Assembly (NCBI RefSeq): GCF_006345805.1
Contig: NC_043015.1
Span: forward strand, 52,824,001-52,888,000
Direction of reading: 5' to 3'
Length of the DNA: 64,000 bases
From: Octopus sinensis
Lineage: Eukaryota
The notes under the pieces are model-generated. The model did no database searches. It was not told the origin of the DNA and saw only the letters and a program-made list of their open reading frames with translations. Position numbers and translations under genes: made by a program. Shown one piece after another: positions 12,352 through 26,204 of the stretch. Within the stretch, counting starts at the first letter, position 1. Every line of letters starts with the position of its first letter.

Positions 12352-13627
12352 TTTCCAAAAGTCCTTAGTCTATCAGTACCAGCAGGCAACAGTGGCCATG
12401 TGCGATGAATCCTACAGACAGGGGTGGAGTGCATCCTCTGTTGTCTGAGTTACAGTTCCCTACTAAACTCTGGTGCAAACAGTTGTTCAGTATCAATACA
12501 CACTCATGATGAGTTGGGTTATGTTGAGTTCTTTTCACATGGAGGACAAATCCAGCGATCTACCAAGTCAACAACGATCAAACCATCAATGCATCACCTT
12601 CTTTCACAAAGAAGAGCAACTAGTGTTCTTCTGTCTAGTGGCAATGGTGAAGGAAGTTGTGCATGAGGGGGTGGGGCTGTGACTGAAACTTTCAAGATGA
12701 GAAGGAGCAATTTTTTTCCCCCTCAGGTCAAGCCCTGCTTGTCAGCTTCTGTGAATGTCACTTGAAGAGGTTGGTTGATTTTAGTTATGGCTGGTGAGAG
12801 TGGATAGGGGATTAGCTTAGTGAAATGCACCTATTTTAGCCATCTGACTAAATCTTGATCAATAGAAAGATAGATAAACAGATATAGAGAGAGGGATAGG
12901 CAGAAAGACAGACAAATATATGTCCAAAGACAGTGGGATAGAGAAAGATAAGCAGATTGATAGACATAGCTATAAATAGACAAATAGACAGACATGAATG
13001 AATGGATGGATGGATGCCAGGGTATGTAAGGATTCTTAAATCTGAAAAAAAAATATTAATTAAGCATAAGACACTAAACATAGAGGCCCAGTGGAGCTGA
13101 TTCCTCAAACTGTACAGACTGAAAAATCAACATTGGGTAAAAAAACTTCAAAGTAACTGACAACCTTCTCATGATATATACGCTCTTTGTGTGTGTGTGT
13201 ACTTGCTTGGACCAGTACAACAGTAAGAGACTATAGAGATCAAGTGTATAAAGAGGTACTTGACATATTTATATACATTGTTCATTGTGTGTGTGTGTAG
13301 TAGTAGTAGTAGTAGTGGTAGCTGATTGTATTCAATGGGATTTCCTCAGGCTAGAAATTACAAAAAAATAGAGGAAAAACTTAGCTACTTCAAACATAGT
13401 TGAAAAGGAATTTCAGAAATTCAGATAGATAATAATAGTAATGGAAAAGTTAACAGGGAAATTTACACAAGGCGAAATGAAATTATAACAAATTATCTCT
13501 TACATAATTATCCCAGTGATACTCAGCCAGGATATATATGAACATTTGGGTGTCCCTATAAAATTTTGCTGATAAAAATTTATGGGCAATAAATTGCTTA
13601 TATTTCTGTAATAATAAATGAAACATA

Positions 13628-14123
13628 ATCATCATTATTGTCATCGTTTAAAGTCCGCTTTCCATGCTGGCATGGGTTGGACAGTTTGACTGAGGTTTGA
13701 CTGAGCCAGCAGCTGCACCAGGCTCCAGTCTGATCTGGCAATGTTTCTACAGCTGGATGCCCTTGCCAATGCCAACCAATCTGAGAGTGTAGTGGGTGCT
13801 TTTTATGTGCACCAGCACATGAGCCAGTTAGGTGACCCTGGCATCGATCACGTTCGGATGGTGCCTTTTACGTGCCATTGACACAGGAGCCAGTCAGGAG
13901 GCACTGGCATTGGCCCCATACGGATGGTGCCTTTTACATGCCACCGGCACGGAAGCCAGTCAGGCAAGCACTGGCATCGGCCATGTTCAGATGGTGCATT
14001 TTATGTGCCACCAGCACAGGAAGCCAGTCAGGCGGTCCTGGTATCGATCACATTTGGATGGTGCTTTTACATGTCACTGGCACAGGAGCCAGTCAGGCAG
14101 CCCTGGCGTCGATGACATTTGGA
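13628..14123 (-). mobile_element. Family E retroelement copy
   Basis: Reverse complement of the family E tail followed by about 5 VNTR units. A tail-only fragment lies at about 55078-55243. Confidence 0.8.
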
Positions 14124-15309
14124 TTTTAACAATTTCTTTCAATACTGTTCCTGATATTTAATTACCAAAATATAAAGGGATTTTTTGAAACATTAAATGG
14201 CTATGAAAGAGGCATCAAAGGGGTCTGTTGGTGAAAAATGGTTGAGAACCACTGTAATAGCTGATATTGGTTGGCTGTGGCAGAATCATTAACATGCCAG
14301 GCGAAATGCTTAGCAGTATTTCACCCATCGCTCTGAGTTCAAATTCACCTCATCGTTCTGAGTTCAAATTCCACTGAGGTTGACTTTGCCATTAATACTT
14401 TCGGGGTCGATAAATTAAGTACCAGTAACATACTGGAGTCGATGCCATCGACTAGTCTCCTCCCCCAAAATTTCAGGCTTTGTGCCTTTAGTAGAAAGGA
14501 CATTGGTTGGCTGGCTTCTTGGTTTCTCCAGACACGCTTTACATGGTATAGAGAGAGGGGGAGAGAGCGAGGGTAAAAGAGAGATGTAGAGAGAAAGAGA
14601 GAGTTAACATAAGAGGTGCAAGGGCCATCCTTGTCACATTCTGTATCATGCCGAATCTCCTCGAGAACTACATAAAGGGTACACGTGTCTGTGGAGCACT
14701 CAGCCACTTGCACGTTAATTTCACGAGCAGGCTGTTCCGTTAATCGGATCAACCAACCGGAACCCTCGTCGTCATAACCGACGGAATGCCAGTTACAAGA
14801 CGTGTGTACCCTTAATGTAATTCCTCAGACAGGCTGAGCAAGACAAAGTGTATCACAAGGCAGTGTCTTTCGACTTACAAGGTACAATTCACTCGATGAG
14901 TTACCATAAAGGTTCCGTCTGCCCATTTCCACTCGCAAAGTGCGGGTTGACCTGAGGCTATAAGAAATGGCATTTGGCCACATGTTGCGCCTACCTATCA
15001 AGTATACCTATGAGAATAGGCATTCCATCCATCGACTATACTGGACTACATTACTTACTGTAACCGGGTTGAAGAAAAATTTGGCTGCTATTTCTAGCAG
15101 TTCAGGCGGTAACTTAGGGCAGTCACGGACAAACTACGACCTACGGGACATTCTGAATGACTCGCCCACGAAAAATTACCTTGGATTTAAAAAAAGCTTT
15201 TTAAATAGAGCAGCCTGTCTGATAATGAACCATATCTCACGCGGCCCGTTTTTCTAGGAAGGTTGCCCACATCTGATGTAGGAGTTCTGTCGAGGTCATA
15301 CATCTGAGA

Positions 15310-15480
15310 TTTATATATAAACCAGTCAGTTAGCGGGCAATCTTTGATTTTAGCGCTCCACATTCATTTCTGCGCAATCAGCAATTACAAGGAAAGTGAA
15401 AGTAGTGGGCAATCTTTGATTTTAGCGCTCCACATTCATTTCTGCGCAATCAGCAATTACAAGGAAAGTGAAAGTGAAAC
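15310..15480 (-). promoter_or_regulatory. Candidate inducible promoter: TATA box plus duplicated ISRE/IRF-type and C/EBP-like sites
   Basis: Palindromic TTTATATATAAA at 15310-15321; GGAAAGTGAAAGT at 15391-15403; GGAAAGTGAAAGTGAAAC at 15463-15480 (GTTTCACTTTCACTTTCC on minus); CTGCGCAAT twice. Motif match only. Confidence 0.35.
15335..15478. repeat. Near-perfect 72-bp tandem duplication
   Basis: gggcaatctttgattttagcgctccacattcatttctgcgcaatcagcaattacaaggaaagtgaaagt starts at 15335 and again at 15407. Confidence 0.95.
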
Positions 15481-17558
15481 AGAAAATTCAAACTGCTGAA
15501 GTCAAATTAGTGGAACAGGTGACCATACAGAAAGCACTGACGTATTTTGGTCCAAGATTCGAATGTAAGAAGAAAAGAAGACGACCGCTGTCTGCCCACC
15601 GCCCCCAGATGTATGATTCTGTGTCTGTGTGAAGCATAATTGTCTCGAAAAGTGTGCAGCCATTTACGAAGTTATCTGAGGAAAGAGAACTACGCCTGGA
15701 GCTTTAGGATCTTATGATCGGACTGTAGCGGGGAGGGAGTGGGTAGACAGACAGACAGACGGAGAGAGAGACAGAGAGAAAAATAAAAAAAAGAGAGACG
15801 GAGAGAGAAATAGAGAAAGCAAAAGAAAGGGTGATAGACACAAAGACTGACAGACGGAGACACAAAGAGAGAAGAATGAGAGAACGAATAAAATATCGAA
15901 TCGATTTGATTCACAAAATCTGTCCAGCATGCGCACATTGCGCGGACATATTCAATTTATACACACACACACATTGAATACATAAGGTCATCTTGCATTT
16001 TTACTATGGCATTAAAAAAACTATGTCGCCAGCAACGAATAAAATATTGATACACCCGGATACAAACAGTACCACGTACCTTCATCTAATGTTTATTTCT
16101 CATTATTATTATTAATTAGTGGCAATCACAATTATGTTATGATTATAATTACGTCAACATTAAGAAGTTTAGGTTATAAGCTGCTTTGGAGGTGGTTTTA
16201 ATTTAAAATCAGTCTTTATAGTTAGAACTTTTAAATTTTCTATAATTCTTATACATGATAATCTATACGCATGAATTGATGTATATGTGAATGCGCGCGC
16301 GTACGCACACACATATATATATATAGACAGAAGCACACACACACATATATATATGATAAACGACACACAACTTTATATTCAAATAGTCTCGGTGAACACA
16401 ACCGAAGAATGAGACAATTGTCCAGACTTTTAAACAAAGACAATTAACAGATGGTTCCTGCAAGGTTTCAGGCGCAAACGAATCCGAAGACCTAGTTTTC
16501 AACGACGCAACAACGCTAATAATAATAACTTCTTTCCAGTTTTTGGCACAGGGCCAGCCCAGTCCTTGACACCTTATTTTATCGACCTGGGCAGGATAAA
16601 ACAAAGCTGGCCTCGACCGGGATTTGAACACCGAACGTAAAATCCCTAAGGTAAACCACAAGGCATTGCGACGCTCTAAAGTCAAAGCAAGCAATTTTTG
16701 AGGGGAGAGCGTTAGTCGATACCCTCGACGAGATAACTTTATTTATATTTGAATTTATCGAGCCTGGTGGGGTTAAAAGCAAAGCTAGCCTCAGCGGGAT
16801 TTGAACAGAAAACTTAGACAGTATACTAAAACTGCATGACATTTCACAATCCTGACGTTATAACGGTTCTGCAATAAATATTTTTCTATTTGCCACAAGG
16901 ACAAGGGGGAAAACAAGACAAAACCGATGAGAAGTTTGTGCAAAATAAATTAAGAAGAAAAAAAAAAACAGGCTTGGAAAAAGCAACAATTTACAAAGAG
17001 ATTCTGACAAAAAGCCAGAACTTTATAGACGAGTGTGTGTGTGTGTGAAAATGGAAAAGGCAGGACAAGATGAGACACATGGGACAGAGTCGTTGAAGAG
17101 GTTACAGAATGTGTGACGAAAGAACTTTGACAGACAAATAAACTAAAATAATAATAATAAAATTAAAGTGAAGATCAAAGAAAGAGTGCGTGTGTTTAGT
17201 TGACGAAAGATTACTGTCCCCAAGTATAACGATGTGTGGGTGTTTTTACCTGATTACAGAGACATTTCAATGTCGAGAAAGAATGTCATACAAAACTAAC
17301 AGGAAGCTTATATATATATATATGTGTGTATGTATGTATTTGCCATGTAGGATGGTTTTAATAAAAGTTTGTGATCGACATCAGGTAATTTCAATTAAAA
17401 AGTGAGATTTGAGTTGGAGAAAGAAGGTGTTTGAAACGGAGGGGAAAAGAAATGAAATACAGCAGGAGGTAAAGAGGGAAATAAAACAGCAGGAGACAGA
17501 CAGGTTGGTAAATAGAGAGAGAGAGAGAGAGAGAGACAGGTAGGTAGGTAGAGACAAG

Positions 17559-17590
<32 letters not shown>

Positions 17591-17982
17591 CAAGTGGGTA
17601 GATAGAAAGATAAAAGAACGTGGTGGAGAGGGAGAGACTTGACATACTTTAAAACGTCATAGCAAATAGAAGGATTAATGGTGGCGGGAGGAGGTCGATA
17701 GCATTGCAAAGGTCACCCAACCGGTTTCTCCCCCGCTCTAAGCTCTGTCTCATATAATACACGACCTCTGTCTTTCCTTTTCTCCCTCGTCTGTCTCTCT
17801 CTCTCTCTCTTTTTTCCCTCGGTCGAACTCATAAGCACACTACTTCTCTCCCTCTCTCTATATATACGTTTATCTATCTTTCTCATTTCACTCATCTGCT
17901 TATAGCTTTCCTCTTCCTCTCCTCCTTTTACCTGGCTTTACAAAACGACGTTCGCTGCGACCTGACACTATAGCACATACAC

Positions 17983-18036
<54 letters not shown>

Positions 18037-18206
18037 TATATATAGAGAGAGAGAGAGAGTGCGCTTACTCGAATATACACACAACATAATTATGCATATA
18101 TGTGCAAATAGTTATAATACATTCACACAAGCACAACTTAACACACACTAGTATGCGTTCATTCACATACATACATGCATATACAATTTCCACATAACTA
18201 CACGCA

Positions 18207-18246
<40 letters not shown>

Positions 18247-18862
18247 CAGAGAGAGAGAGAGAGAGAGAGGGAGATATACACACGTTAAATATTTACATAT
18301 ACACTTTCGTGCAGTTCATATATATTATATATCTGTTCCAATCGGCGATATTAGATATGTGTGTGTGTGTGTGTTCTAATCACGATATAAAAAAAAATCC
18401 CCAGAAGGAAATAAGAAAAAAATAATCATTTATACACCATTTCCCAATATCTGAGTGAACTTAAAACACGTGTACGATATGACTGCAGGTATTTCATGAA
18501 ATAAACTTCTCCCCTTGACATATAAATTGGTTTATCTGTGTGTGTATGATGATAAAGACAACTAAATTATATATATATATATACACACACTCACACAGGC
18601 GGATATATACACAGATAAGTATAAAATATATAGAAGATAAGTACGTTTGCTTATATATAATATACGTAAAAGTGTGTGTGTGTGTATGTGTGTGAAAATT
18701 AAATCAAGGCTAACACACACACCCTAATGTTGTTTGAAATGATGTGAGGAAGGTTTTGTGGTCGGACAAATAAAAAGAAAACTATGAAATGAAGTAGGGA
18801 GGTATTTTTTTAAAAATCATTTTAAAATAGAATTTCTGCTTTAATTTACTATTTAATTCACC

Positions 18863-18907
<45 letters not shown>

Positions 18908-19223
18908 ATGTGTGTGTGTATGTATGTACACAGTAGGAGAGAAAGACGGAGTTATAAAGTAGATATACAGTGAGACAGATAAACTTAGGTGTGTGTGTGT
19001 GTGTGTGTGTAACAGATAACTGAGACAGGTGTGAATATGTAGACTAATCACCAATGTGAGAGTATATGTGCGTGTGTGTGTGTGTCTGTGTATCAATAGA
19101 TCGATAATTGATCGATGAATAAATACACAGATGTACAACTAAAAGTATTAAAGAAAAACTAAAAAAACAAAAAGACGAAAGAAACAGCAGAACTGGTTGC
19201 TTCAAATGAAAGATTTAAGAAAC

Positions 19224-19254
<31 letters not shown>

Positions 19255-20544
19255 GAAAATTGAAAGTTACCGAAAGTGCATCTATCATTGTGTGTGTGTC
19301 TGGTTAAATGTGTTGTCCCCCATTAGGACCTTTTGTTTCATTGGCAGGGAGTAAAAACGCTAATCTAGATCGCGGGGGTGAGCTAAATATCATAAAATAA
19401 TTGTCCCATTCATTGACTACACCTTAATGCTACCGTTGATGCTACTGCTTATCATTATTATTATTATCATTGTTATCATTATTACTATTATTATCATTAT
19501 TATTATTATTATCATTATTATTATTATCATTATTATTATCATTGTTATTATTATTATTCTTGTTGTTGTTGCTGTTATAGCGTGGTGAGGAAGGTGGTTT
19601 AGTGTGTGTGTGTTTGTGTGCAGGTAGTGGTGATGGATATTGTGATATGCGTGAAATGCCGTGGTGGGACGAAGAGAGATAGGGAAAGGAAGAGAGAGAG
19701 AGAGGGGGGAGAGTGTTAGACTGAGAATGTGGGGGTGGAGTTGTCAGTTGTGGTAATAACAATAGTGATGATGATGATGATGATAACGATGACAGCGATA
19801 ATAGAGGTCGTTTGTGGTCGTTGATGATGATGGTGGTGGTGGTTACGGTTATGATGATGATGGTGGTGGTGGTGGTTATGACAATAGCGATGGTGGTAGA
19901 GCTGTTTAGTGATCGTTTTGATGATGATGATGATGACGATGATGGATGATGACGGCGACGACGACGACTATATTGGCAACGTCAGTTGACCCAGGTTGTT
20001 ATGGCGGCAGTTGGTTGGCTGCTCGCCTCGGTGGCTGGTTCGCTGGCTGGCCGGTTGCTATGGCGGTAGAATTACTTGATCGACTCACATACATACACAA
20101 CAATGCCTCGTGAACTAATAAAAAATGGGGATTCTCCTTCCTAGCTTATCTGTCTGAAATAGGAGCCAAACATCCCTCAACTCACATAGTATGACGAAGA
20201 AGCCCATACGTGGTCGATAGACTTGCTAGAACTAGCAGCTGATCGTCCACCCTTAAATCGCACTTTTACCGCCTTGAAAAAGAAAAAGTAATTAAAAATC
20301 TGACAGTAGTAATCTAGGGTGGTCCCGTCTGGAACGCTTTTTCTTCATCAGTCAGCAATGATATGGAACTAAACAAAAACTCCAACTCTTGTTTAGTGTC
20401 TTCAGCTATTTTATTTCCGTCTCTTGACGTTTAGAGTTCGAAACTCGCATTCATCATCCATTAGCTCCAGAGTCTATAAAAAATAATTCTTGCCGCCTTC
20501 ATGGCACTCTTGTTGAGAATGTAACGAATTATCTTCTGTCGCTG

Positions 20545-20950
20545 ACTTGTTTCTGTCATTCAATTGCGGCCATGCTGGGGCACCGCATTCAAGGACGGGT
20601 AGTCGAACAAACCGCTCCTAGTACTTATATGTTTCTTTCTTTGCTTTTTTCTTCTTTTTTATTGTTAAGTCTGGTACCTAATTCAATCGGTCTCTTTTGC
20701 CGAAGCGCTAGTTCATGGGGACATAAACAAACCTACGCTGGTTGACAAACGATGGAGAGGTGGGGGACAAAAGCAAACCCCACATACACACACACACACA
20801 CGACAAGCTTCCACACAGTCCCCCGTCTACCAAATTCACTCACAAGGCGATCCGTAGATATATTAGAAGACATGTCCAAAGTGCCGCGCAATGGGACTGA
20901 ACCCAAGGTCACATAGTTGGGAAGCAAGCTTCTAAACCACACGGCCACGC
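20545..20950 (-). mobile_element. SINE family A copy
   Basis: Reverse complement of the family A head and body, diverged. Confidence 0.75.
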
Positions 20951-21414
20951 CTGGGTATTCTTATTTCGGTTTTTCTATAGAATTTAGAGTTAGACTTTTG
21001 TGTCTGCTATCCTTTGCTATTCTTTCGGGAGCCAACTTTAGCCTTAGTTGCATCCAATCAGCCAACGTTGAACCAGCTTTTATAGAACTAGTCCCGACCG
21101 ACTCCAAGAATCAAGTTCTGTTGGTTCAGTTATTTAATTCCATCTTGATAGTAAAGGAGTGAACTACTGGTCTCTGCTGTTATCACTGTTGTAGTTTAGT
21201 CCCAGGTCAGTCTGATTGTGAGGTCCTATAAACAAACCAAAAGCATTCTAAGACAAAACCATCCAGCCTGAAGGATTACGTTAACGAATGTATCTTTTTC
21301 TCCCTCTCACTAAAAAAATAAAAAAAATAAACAGTTGAATGAAATCTGAGGGACATTTTCCTTCTATTTCTAACAGGTCGAAAAAACTACGTAAAAGTTT
21401 TCTCATCGGTTCAG

Positions 21415-21578
21415 GCGTAGGAGAGGCTGTGTGGTAAGTAGCTTGCTTACCAACCACATGGTTCCGGGTTCAGTCCCATTGCGTGGCACCTTGGGCAAGT
21501 GTCTTCTACTATAGCCTCGGGCCGACCAAAGCCTTGTGAGTGGATTTGGTAGACGGAAACAGAAAGAAGCCCGTCGTA

Positions 21579-21639
<61 letters not shown>

Positions 21640-21835
21640 ATGTGCGTGTATGTTTGTGTGTCTGTGTTTGTCCCCCTAGCATTGCTTGACAACCGATGCT
21701 GGTGTCACTTAGCTTTTCAGCAAGAGACCGATAGAATAAGTACTGGGCTTACAAAGAATAAGTCCCGGGTTCGAGTTGCTCGACTAAAGGCGGTGCTCCA
21801 GCATGGCCGCAGTCAACTGACTAAAAGAGTAAAGA
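21415..21835 (+). mobile_element. SINE family A, full-length copy
   Basis: Head, internal (TA)n(TG)n tract, body and aaaagagtaaagag tail. Confidence 0.85.
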
Positions 21836-22221
21836 GTATCGGTTCATATACAACCCATTGGCTTCAGCCCCAGGTTGGTCTAGAACGAGCAAGCTTTATT
21901 TCTAACAGTTCGGGCTCCTGTGACACCTAAACGCATCCTTAGGCTATATATTTCCATTCGAAGTAGTATCCTGTATTCTTATAATCTTTCCCGAAAATAT
22001 TTGGCTGCTATTTCTTCTAAAAACGAAATATCAATGGCTGTTTTTTCTTAATTTCACTACGAAGGGCTTTATTATTAAAAGAACCTTTTAAACAGAAGCT
22101 AATTGGAGGTTCGTGTGAGGAATTCATATATTTACCAAAAATGTATACTGGAGAATTAAAAAGATTTAGTGAAACCAGCAACGTGATGTAATAATCGTTT
22201 ACACTATAGTCATAATTTCGA

Positions 22222-22915
22222 GGAAGGGGAATAGTCGATTATATCGACCCCAGTACTTAACTGGTACTTATTTTATCGACCCCGAATGGATGAAAGGCAA
22301 AGTCGACCCCGGCGGAATTCGAACTTAGAACGTAAAGATGGACGAAATGCCGCTAGACATTTCGCCCGGCATGCAAAGTCGATTACATTGACCCCCAGTG
22401 CTTAACTGGTACTTTAGGCAAAGTCGACCTCGGCGAAATTTGAACTGGAAATGTATTATAGCCGGAAGAAATGCCGCCAAGCATTTCGTTCGGCGCCGCA
22501 ACGATTCGGACAGTTCGTTACACTTAGCAATAATAACGATTCTTTCTACTATAAGCACAAGGTCTGAAATTTGGGGAGATGGGGTTAGTCGATTACATCG
22601 ACCCCAGCGCTCAATTGGTACTTATTTTTATTGACCCACGATGGATGAAACGCAAAGTCGAACAGCAAATTTGAACTCAGAACGTAAAGCCTGAAGAAAT
22701 GCGGCTAAGAATTTTCTCCGACGCACATTCTTCAATAATACTTCTTTCTAATTTTGGGACAAAACTAGCAATTGTTAGGGGAAGGGGTAAATCGGTCACA
22801 TCGACTCATTTGGTACTTTTATTTGATCGACCCCTAAACGATGAAATGCAAAGTTGACATGCGGAATTTGAACTCAGAACGAATACCAGAAGCATTTTGT
22901 TTGGTGCACTAACAA
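22222..22915 (-). mobile_element. Head-to-tail cluster of about 4 SINE family B copies
   Basis: The motif gtcgattacatcgacccc...tggtactt...aaaggcaaagtcgacc...atttgaac recurs at about 22232, 22376, 22585 and 22790 in the same orientation. Confidence 0.8.
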
Positions 22916-23279
22916 TAATAATATATATTAGCATATTGTACATCAAATCATAAAAATTATTAGAAGTAATGCATGAGAGCCACAGAATCTTGTCTCTTCT
23001 TTCCATACTTTCACATAAGTGCTGTACTTGTTTAGCCCTTGGTTAGACCTAATTGAGTAAACTTATGATCAATGGCATTCCAGCACCGGGACCACCACGC
23101 TTTTTTTTTATAGGTTATCAGCAAGTAATTTAATGTAATAATGCGTACTTTCATTATATCAGTAAGACAGTAGGTTGTGATGTGAGGTGTGATCTGACTG
23201 CTGTTTCTAGCAGGTTGGTTGATCGACCGCGTTGGAGAGAATCCCTGGTTCGCGTGACAGACTTTAATTGTAGGGAAGG

Positions 23280-23308
23280 CCGTGTAGGACGGAGTGAGAG
23301 AGAGAAAC

Positions 23309-23345
<37 letters not shown>

Positions 23346-24170
23346 AGCAAGAAGACAAACAGGCAGGCATGCAGACTGTGTATGTGTGTGTGTGTAAACA
23401 TGAGGCAAACCGGAATTAAATAACAAGGCAAGTGGACAGCTGGGATGAGTGAAGTAATTGAGTGTGTATGATAAGATAATGAGAGAGGGAGGAAGGGGAG
23501 ACTGAAAGCAAAAGAGATAGAGAGGGGGAGGAGGAAGACATGGAGGAGAGTGGGAAGCGGAGAGGAGAGGGAGGGAGGAAAAACAAAAGATAAGCGTGAG
23601 ACAAACCGGATCTGTAGAAGAGGAGGAAGTGGGGGATGGTTGCAGTGAATGAGTGAGTGATAGAGAGAAAGAGACGGGAGGGGTGAAGGTGAGTGAAGCA
23701 GATAGGAACGAGTGGAGTGTTGGATTTAGTGAGTGAAGAGGGTTTGATGAGATAGAATGAGAGAGCGTTACAGAGAAAGAGAAGGGGACACTGAGCAAAG
23801 CGAACAGGAAAGAGTAGAGAGATGGATTGAGTGGAATGTAGAGAGTTTGATAAGAGAGAGAGAGAGTAAGAGATGAAGGCAAATAAGAAAGAGTGGAGTA
23901 TGGGACTGGGTGAGTGAAGAGTTTGATAATGTAGTAAAAGAGAGAGAGAGAGAGGGATTTAGGGGACTGGTAAATGTGAGTGATGCGAACGAGAAAGAGT
24001 AAATTGTTGGATTGAGTGAGAGAGAGAGAGAGAGCGGGTGAATGTAATAAAGCAACCAAGAAATGAGTGGATTGTTGGACTCAGTTGAGTTGAGTGAGGG
24101 ACAATAGTTAAGTCTCGATTTAAGGAAACAGGAGAGGATAAAAGGGAGAGAATTAAGAAAAAATGTGAAG
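23280..24170. repeat. Purine-rich (GA-type) low-complexity tract with degenerate repeats
   Basis: Strong A/G skew on plus; recurring gagtgaagagtttgataa...gagagagagag blocks. This explains the 301-aa minus-strand ORF. Confidence 0.8.
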
Positions 24171-24589
24171 TTGGTTGTCGTCGAATTAAATCTGGTTGTT
24201 GTTACTATCCTTGATCGGGCAGACCTATGGTTAAAGACATCCCAGTCGTGACCACCCCATATCTTTCCTTCGTATAGAAACAACTCAAGACCACATTATC
24301 CAATGTGTCTTTTCTAACACGGTGCAGTGCGATTTGAGGGAAGTTTAACTGTTATTTCTAACGAGTGTGAGGGATGGAAAGAAAAGCGCCAGTGAGCCCT
24401 GATCGAGAGGTTCCAGCTATGATCATTCAGTGCTTTTTGTGATTTTTAACTAATTTTACGACGGTTAATGCTATCTGAGGGAGATTTTGCTGCTATTTCT
24501 AGCTGACAAGACAATGGGTCATACGGCGAAAAGGAACTGAAACAGAAGCATTATGAAAACCGATATATGAGTAATAATAATAATAATAA

Positions 24590-24990
24590 TGATAATAATA
24601 ATTTATTTGCCACAGGGGCATCAGATGAGGGGAACATTTGCAAAGATTGTCACATTTTGTGTGAGGTTTACATAAAAAAAAGTGAAGAAATAGATTGAAT
24701 AAAGAGGGTTGGTACAAAACCACATATTTGTAAAAGAGGGGAGAAAATAGGGGACGGCCGAACGTTCTACCTAAATATATTTGGGCTTAGATAGATAAAA
24801 AAAAAGAAATAAAACCCCTTTCTTTCCATACCCTAACTCCCGGTAAAATTCGAAATCAAAATACCGAGGTACAAAACTTGGATTACTGTAAAACAATACA
24901 AGTCCAGAGGTTAATAATGTCCATCATAGATACAAAGTGTCCAAATATGTAACAGGGAGATTATGAGACATTCATGGTTTCCTCACAAAC
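24590..24990 (-). mobile_element. Possible degenerate L1/Tx1-type LINE 3' end
   Basis: Minus strand ends in ...cccctgtggcaaataaa plus (TAT)n; weak peptide resemblance (EETM...VWKERG...VERS) to Tx1/L1 C-termini. Confidence 0.3.
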
Positions 24991-25186
24991 ATTAATATTA
25001 TATTAGCAGCCTAAATCTAAATAAAATGTTGCACCTAGAATCGAAACCGGGACAGTGATTCGACGCCGGTAGTTAACAGTGACTTGTAAATAAACGCATC
25101 CGTTTTCTTGTTTGATTTCGGAACAAGGTTTCTTTATAAAAACCCGGAGAGAATTGGTAACATACATGCCTTCATTAAGGGTGAAA

Positions 25187-25230
<44 letters not shown>

Positions 25231-26153
25231 CTTAATAAAGAGAGGGAGGACAGACTGATAGACAAATATATAAAAAAAGACCGTTTCTGTCTTATAGACA
25301 GACAAATCGATCGACAGATAGACAGACAAATCGATCAACTGATAAAGGGAGAGAGAAAGAGACAGGCAGATAGATAGATAAGACATGAAAGGTTAGCAGA
25401 TAAAGATAGATAAACAGATCGACTGATCGAGAGACAGATGGACAGAAAAAAATAGACTGATAGACATAAAATGACAGATAAACAGACAGATCGATCGATC
25501 GATAGATAGATAGATTGATAGATGAACGTCGTCGATAAATGAAAAGTTAAGACTAAGCTATGGAGATAAAAATAATAACGACAGCGAGACAAGTAAAACT
25601 GATAAATGAATGGGGTGTGTGAAAGAAAGAAGGAAAACAGTAAAGAAGTGAAGAATAGGTGTGAATGAAAGTGAGAGGGGTGGCAAAGAGAGTGTAGAAT
25701 GAAACAATGAAGGGGACGAGAGGGAGAAAGAGAAAGAACTAGACGAAATGTGGAGTTGAAGAAGAAGGAAGTTAAGAAGATATGATACAATATATTAAAA
25801 AGAAAAAATAGCAGTCTTTTCAAGTTATTTATATCCTTCAAAAACATGATACAGCATATGCGTTTAGTATGTATGTATGTGTGTGTGTGTATATATATAT
25901 ATATGTATGTATTATTCTATTTTGTTTTAAGGTCCTTCGTCGTTACGTATTTTTCTCTCTGTTCTAACATGTATCTTACGCATGTAATTTAGCCAACTCA
26001 AAGCAGTCAGCTGCTTAACAATATCCGTTATATTACATTACAAGCAAGCCTTTTACAATCGGGTTTACAGATTAAATTGCGGTGGATGCTAGGTTTGTGT
26101 AAAAAATAACAGTATAACACTGAAGAGCAGACACACACATGACGAATGAATAT

Positions 26154-26204
<51 letters not shown>

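Noticed and set aside
12360-12800. Higher-complexity segment that might be a LINE fragment or exon
   Set aside because: Stops in the frames examined and no recognisable motif.
23154-24059. Longest ORF in the track (301 aa, minus strand)
   Set aside because: It is a translation of a CT-rich low-complexity tract (S/L/P/F-rich) with no domain features.
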